Positions 59,947 to 62,449 of a DNA stretch of 62,449 nucleotides are shown piece after piece. The first letter of the stretch is position 1. Each line of letters starts with the position of its first letter. The position numbers and the translations under genes were made by a program. Source of the stretch: a virus (Duplodnaviria; Caudoviricetes); the IMG/VR virus record IMGVR_UViG_3300020442_001526, positions 1 to 62,449 of that record; one strand, written 5' to 3'. Below the pieces are notes generated by a model. It had not been told where the DNA came from, ran no database searches, and saw nothing but the letters and a program-made list of their open reading frames with translations.

Positions 59947-60853
59947 ATTTTTCTTTCCAAATTGCAATAGTTTTATCTAAACCCTCATGTAAACTTACTT
60001 TAGGCTCCCAACCTAATAAATTTTTTATCAAAGAGCAATCACTATTAAGTAAATATATTTCACCATGTCGCTTGGGTTTAGTATTCCAATTAACTTTTCC
60101 AGTCCAATTCAACTTATCTGCAATTATACTAACATATTCCTTAATTGTCAATGCATTATTAGGTCCTAATGTAAAAATTTGACCTATTGTTTTTGCTGGA
60201 TTTTCAATTACTGTTTCCCAAGCATCTAACAAATCATCAATGTATAAAAAATTTCTATATGGTTCTCCGTATCCTAGATTTATTTCATTTGGGTTTGTCA
60301 ACATCTGCATTATAACCTGTTCGGTTACAAAGAAGTCATTATCTTTTCTACCATAACTGTTTGTTTGACGTATTGCTGTAAACGGTAAGCCATAACTTCT
60401 GTGAGCATATTCTAAATATTTTTCACAGCCATATTTTGCAACGGCGTAGGGGGCATTTGGATTAGGAGTTGTACTTTCATCAAATACAGGAACACTTTCA
60501 ATTTCTACACCTTCTTTGATTGTATCACTTATAGGTTGCCAACCATAAACTTCCATTGTACTCGCAAACACAAAGTTTTTTAAATTAGGTAAATCTTTTG
60601 CAACTTCTATTAAATTTACTGTGCCTACATAATTTATTTCACTAAATGTAATTTGTTCATAAAAACTTTGTTCTACTTCTGTCCTAGCCGCAAGGTGTAC
60701 AATTATCTCTGGATTTGCATCAAGCAATTCATTTTTAACTTTGTCGTGTTCTCTTAAATCACATGTTAAAAAAGACAAATCGTGTCTATCTCTTAATCTT
60801 TCGACTAAGTGATGACCTATAAAACCTTGATGACCTGTAATGAATATTCTCAT
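59936..60853 (-). CDS. NAD-dependent nucleotide-sugar epimerase/dehydratase
   Basis: ITGHQGFIG, HLAA, ST.EVYG, YAVAK. Confidence 0.9.
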   Translation of the reverse strand: MRIFITGHQGFIGHHLVERLRDRHDLSFLTCDLREHDKVKNELLDANPEIIVHLAARTEVEQSFYEQITFSEINYVGTVNLIEVAKDLPNLKNFVFASTMEVYGWQPISDTIKEGVEIESVPVFDESTTPNPNAPYAVAKYGCEKYLEYAHRSYGLPFTAIRQTNSYGRKDNDFFVTEQVIMQMLTNPNEINLGYGEPYRNFLYIDDLLDAWETVIENPAKTIGQIFTLGPNNALTIKEYVSIIADKLNWTGKVNWNTKPKRHGEIYLLNSDCSLIKNLLGWEPKVSLHEGLDKTIAIWKEKYGM

Positions 60854-61314
60854 TTAAAAATCTCTTTTATTTCTTTATCTTCCATACCGTGTGCTTTAGC
60901 AAATTCTTTTAAAGAATTATCATCATTCAAACTTAAAAACAATTCAATCTCATCTGCTTTTAAATGAGGAAGAACTTTACTAACAAAGTCTCCTCTTTTA
61001 CTTTTCTTTTTTCTACTATTTGGTGGTTTTATGTATGGGTGGTGTTGTACTTTACCACTGCCAGCCGCAGTCATAAGTAACCATTGCAATTCGGGGTGTT
61101 TGCTAACATCAGTAAACTTATGATTTACTAATTCATTTACCATCCAAATATAATCTGGTGCTTGGCTTCCTTGCACACTACTTGCATACCTCATCATCAT
61201 CCAGGCACTAAATGCCTTCTTTTGTTCAGCAGTAAGTTTATTATACCAGTTTCTATCTTTTTTATCGATAGCCTTCATAACTTCTGCTAAAGGTATTTGA
61301 GGTTTTTTAGCCAT
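60850..61314 (-). CDS. possible clamp-loader small subunit (gp62-like)
   Basis: KAFSAWMMMRY.S...NELVN...HP.LQW; replication gene context. Confidence 0.45.
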   Translation of the reverse strand: MAKKPQIPLAEVMKAIDKKDRNWYNKLTAEQKKAFSAWMMMRYASSVQGSQAPDYIWMVNELVNHKFTDVSKHPELQWLLMTAAGSGKVQHHPYIKPPNSRKKKSKRGDFVSKVLPHLKADEIELFLSLNDDNSLKEFAKAHGMEDKEIKEIFK

Positions 61315-61843
61315 TTACTTTTTCCAAATATGTATTAATATATGACTGCTCGCCGTCTGCTACAGTTTCATGCCATTCTTTTGTAGCATTTTCATCTGCG
61401 TTATCACTTATATATTTGTAACACTTAAAATTTACATTGTGATATTGGCAAACTTTTGCAAGTGCATAAGCCTCCATATCTACAACATCTGCAGGTATTT
61501 CCAGATTAGGATCACTTACAAAATTATCACCTGTGCTACAAGTTAAACCTTGTCCAAATGATATAACTTTATCATCTTCGAATGGTGTTTGCCCTAAGTC
61601 AAAACCAAACTCACAACATTTCATATCTCGTTGTACAAACTTTTTCATTTCGTGTAAACCGCTATCTACATTAATGCCACCTGCTGTACCAAAGTTCCAA
61701 ACAGTATCAGGTTTATATTGTTGTATTAATGCTGATGCCACCATGGCGGCATTTACTTTCCCTACTCCTGTAAAATACACATTATCCCACTTTGACATAG
61801 TAGGTGCTTCTTCAGGCAATGCTATTAAAATTAAATTATTCAT
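61307..61843 (-). CDS. mtnN: MTA/SAH nucleosidase (PNP/UDP family)
   Basis: GVGKVNAA, NFGTAGG, TGDNF, VDMEA, ISDNAD. Confidence 0.88.
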   Translation of the reverse strand: MNNLILIALPEEAPTMSKWDNVYFTGVGKVNAAMVASALIQQYKPDTVWNFGTAGGINVDSGLHEMKKFVQRDMKCCEFGFDLGQTPFEDDKVISFGQGLTCSTGDNFVSDPNLEIPADVVDMEAYALAKVCQYHNVNFKCYKYISDNADENATKEWHETVADGEQSYINTYLEKVNG

Positions 61844-62363
61844 AATCTACTACACTATAACTTTCTACTCCACAATAGTCAAGTAATTTTTTAGTTCCTT
61901 CTAAAAATTTTAAATCCATTACACAGGCATAATATATTTCATCTGCTCCTGCTTTTTGTAATAGACCTACCATAGCATTTGCTGTGCCGCCCGTAGCACT
62001 TACATCATCTATGATACATACTTTTGAACCATCTTTAAGATTAACTGACTGTGGTATCTCCAGTGTTGCTTCTCCGTACTCCAATGTATAGGAATAACTG
62101 TCTACTGGAGGCGGCAGTTTTCCTTTCTTTCTAGCCATTGTAAACGGAATACCTAAATTGTAAGATACAGGAGCACCCCATATAAAACCTCTGGCATCAG
62201 GTGCCACAATATGTGTAATACCTGTTTCTTCACAGTAAGCAGAAATTTTATCTACTGTATATTTAAATGCCTTAGGGTTTTCCAAAATACTGCTGATGTC
62301 TTTGAACTGTACACCTTTAACTGGAAAGTCAGGGACGTTGCGAATTATCTTTTTAAGATCCAT
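61836..62363 (-). CDS. apt: adenine phosphoribosyltransferase
   Basis: PDFP..GV.FKDI, ARGF, RKKGKLP, LEYG, DDVSATGGT; start 62363 overlaps upstream stop. Confidence 0.93.
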   Translation of the reverse strand: MDLKKIIRNVPDFPVKGVQFKDISSILENPKAFKYTVDKISAYCEETGITHIVAPDARGFIWGAPVSYNLGIPFTMARKKGKLPPPVDSYSYTLEYGEATLEIPQSVNLKDGSKVCIIDDVSATGGTANAMVGLLQKAGADEIYYACVMDLKFLEGTKKLLDYCGVESYSVVDYE

Positions 62364-62448
62364 ATTCGTCATCATACTCTTCCCAATAATCTGACATGTT
62401 CTCATCGCTCTCTGGGTCTTTGTATTCGTCTCTCCATTTGTCAGTACT
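62353..62448 (-). CDS. acidic C-terminus of a gene truncated by the window edge
   Basis: ...STDKWRDEYKDPESDENMSDYWEEYDDEYGS*. Confidence 0.55.
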   Translation of the reverse strand, partial: STDKWRDEYKDPESDENMSDYWEEYDDEYGS

Positions 62449-62449
62449 C

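Overview
AT-rich, gene-dense fragment of a large (probably jumbo) tailed dsDNA phage with T4-like regulation, most likely aquatic or marine. Positions 1-6877 are transcribed on + and nearly everything else on -. Core genes: class Ia NrdA/NrdB, gp41-like helicase, gp61-like primase, ThyX, a very short DnaE-like protein, a clamp-loader-like protein, a PD-(D/E)XK exonuclease, PAAR, tail/baseplate-like proteins and two tRNAs (Thr-TGT, Glu-TTC). Accessory enzymes: peptide deformylase, GH6 glucanase, two acyl desaturases, 2OG-Fe oxygenases, radical SAM, glycosyl- and methyltransferases, four SGNH-like paralogs, Apt and MTA/SAH nucleosidase. Five signals stand out. (1) A family of late proteins shares an N-terminal M-[KR]-hydrophobic-x-[DE]...E leader, internal LxxLAG[LMV] motifs and repeated hydrophobic-x-E sites; this suggests capsid-packaged, protease-processed polyproteins carrying enzymes (Cu/Zn SOD plus two ParB/Srx domains, amidoligase plus nuclease, a KxDG ligase-like protein, a HIGH nucleotidyltransferase). 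(2) A glnA-type glutamine riboswitch, apparently with a second aptamer-like unit nested inside it, precedes an unannotated 54-aa peptide with three YRG repeats. (3) An unassigned, roughly 330-nt multi-domain structured RNA ends in a 76-nt CCA-terminated non-tRNA in the tRNA operon. (4) Start codons sit 5-6 nt after the ATAAATA late promoter at many genes, implying leaderless translation. (5) A pseudoknot or switch-like leader precedes a small structural gene. All family calls come from motif recognition by eye; no database searches were run.
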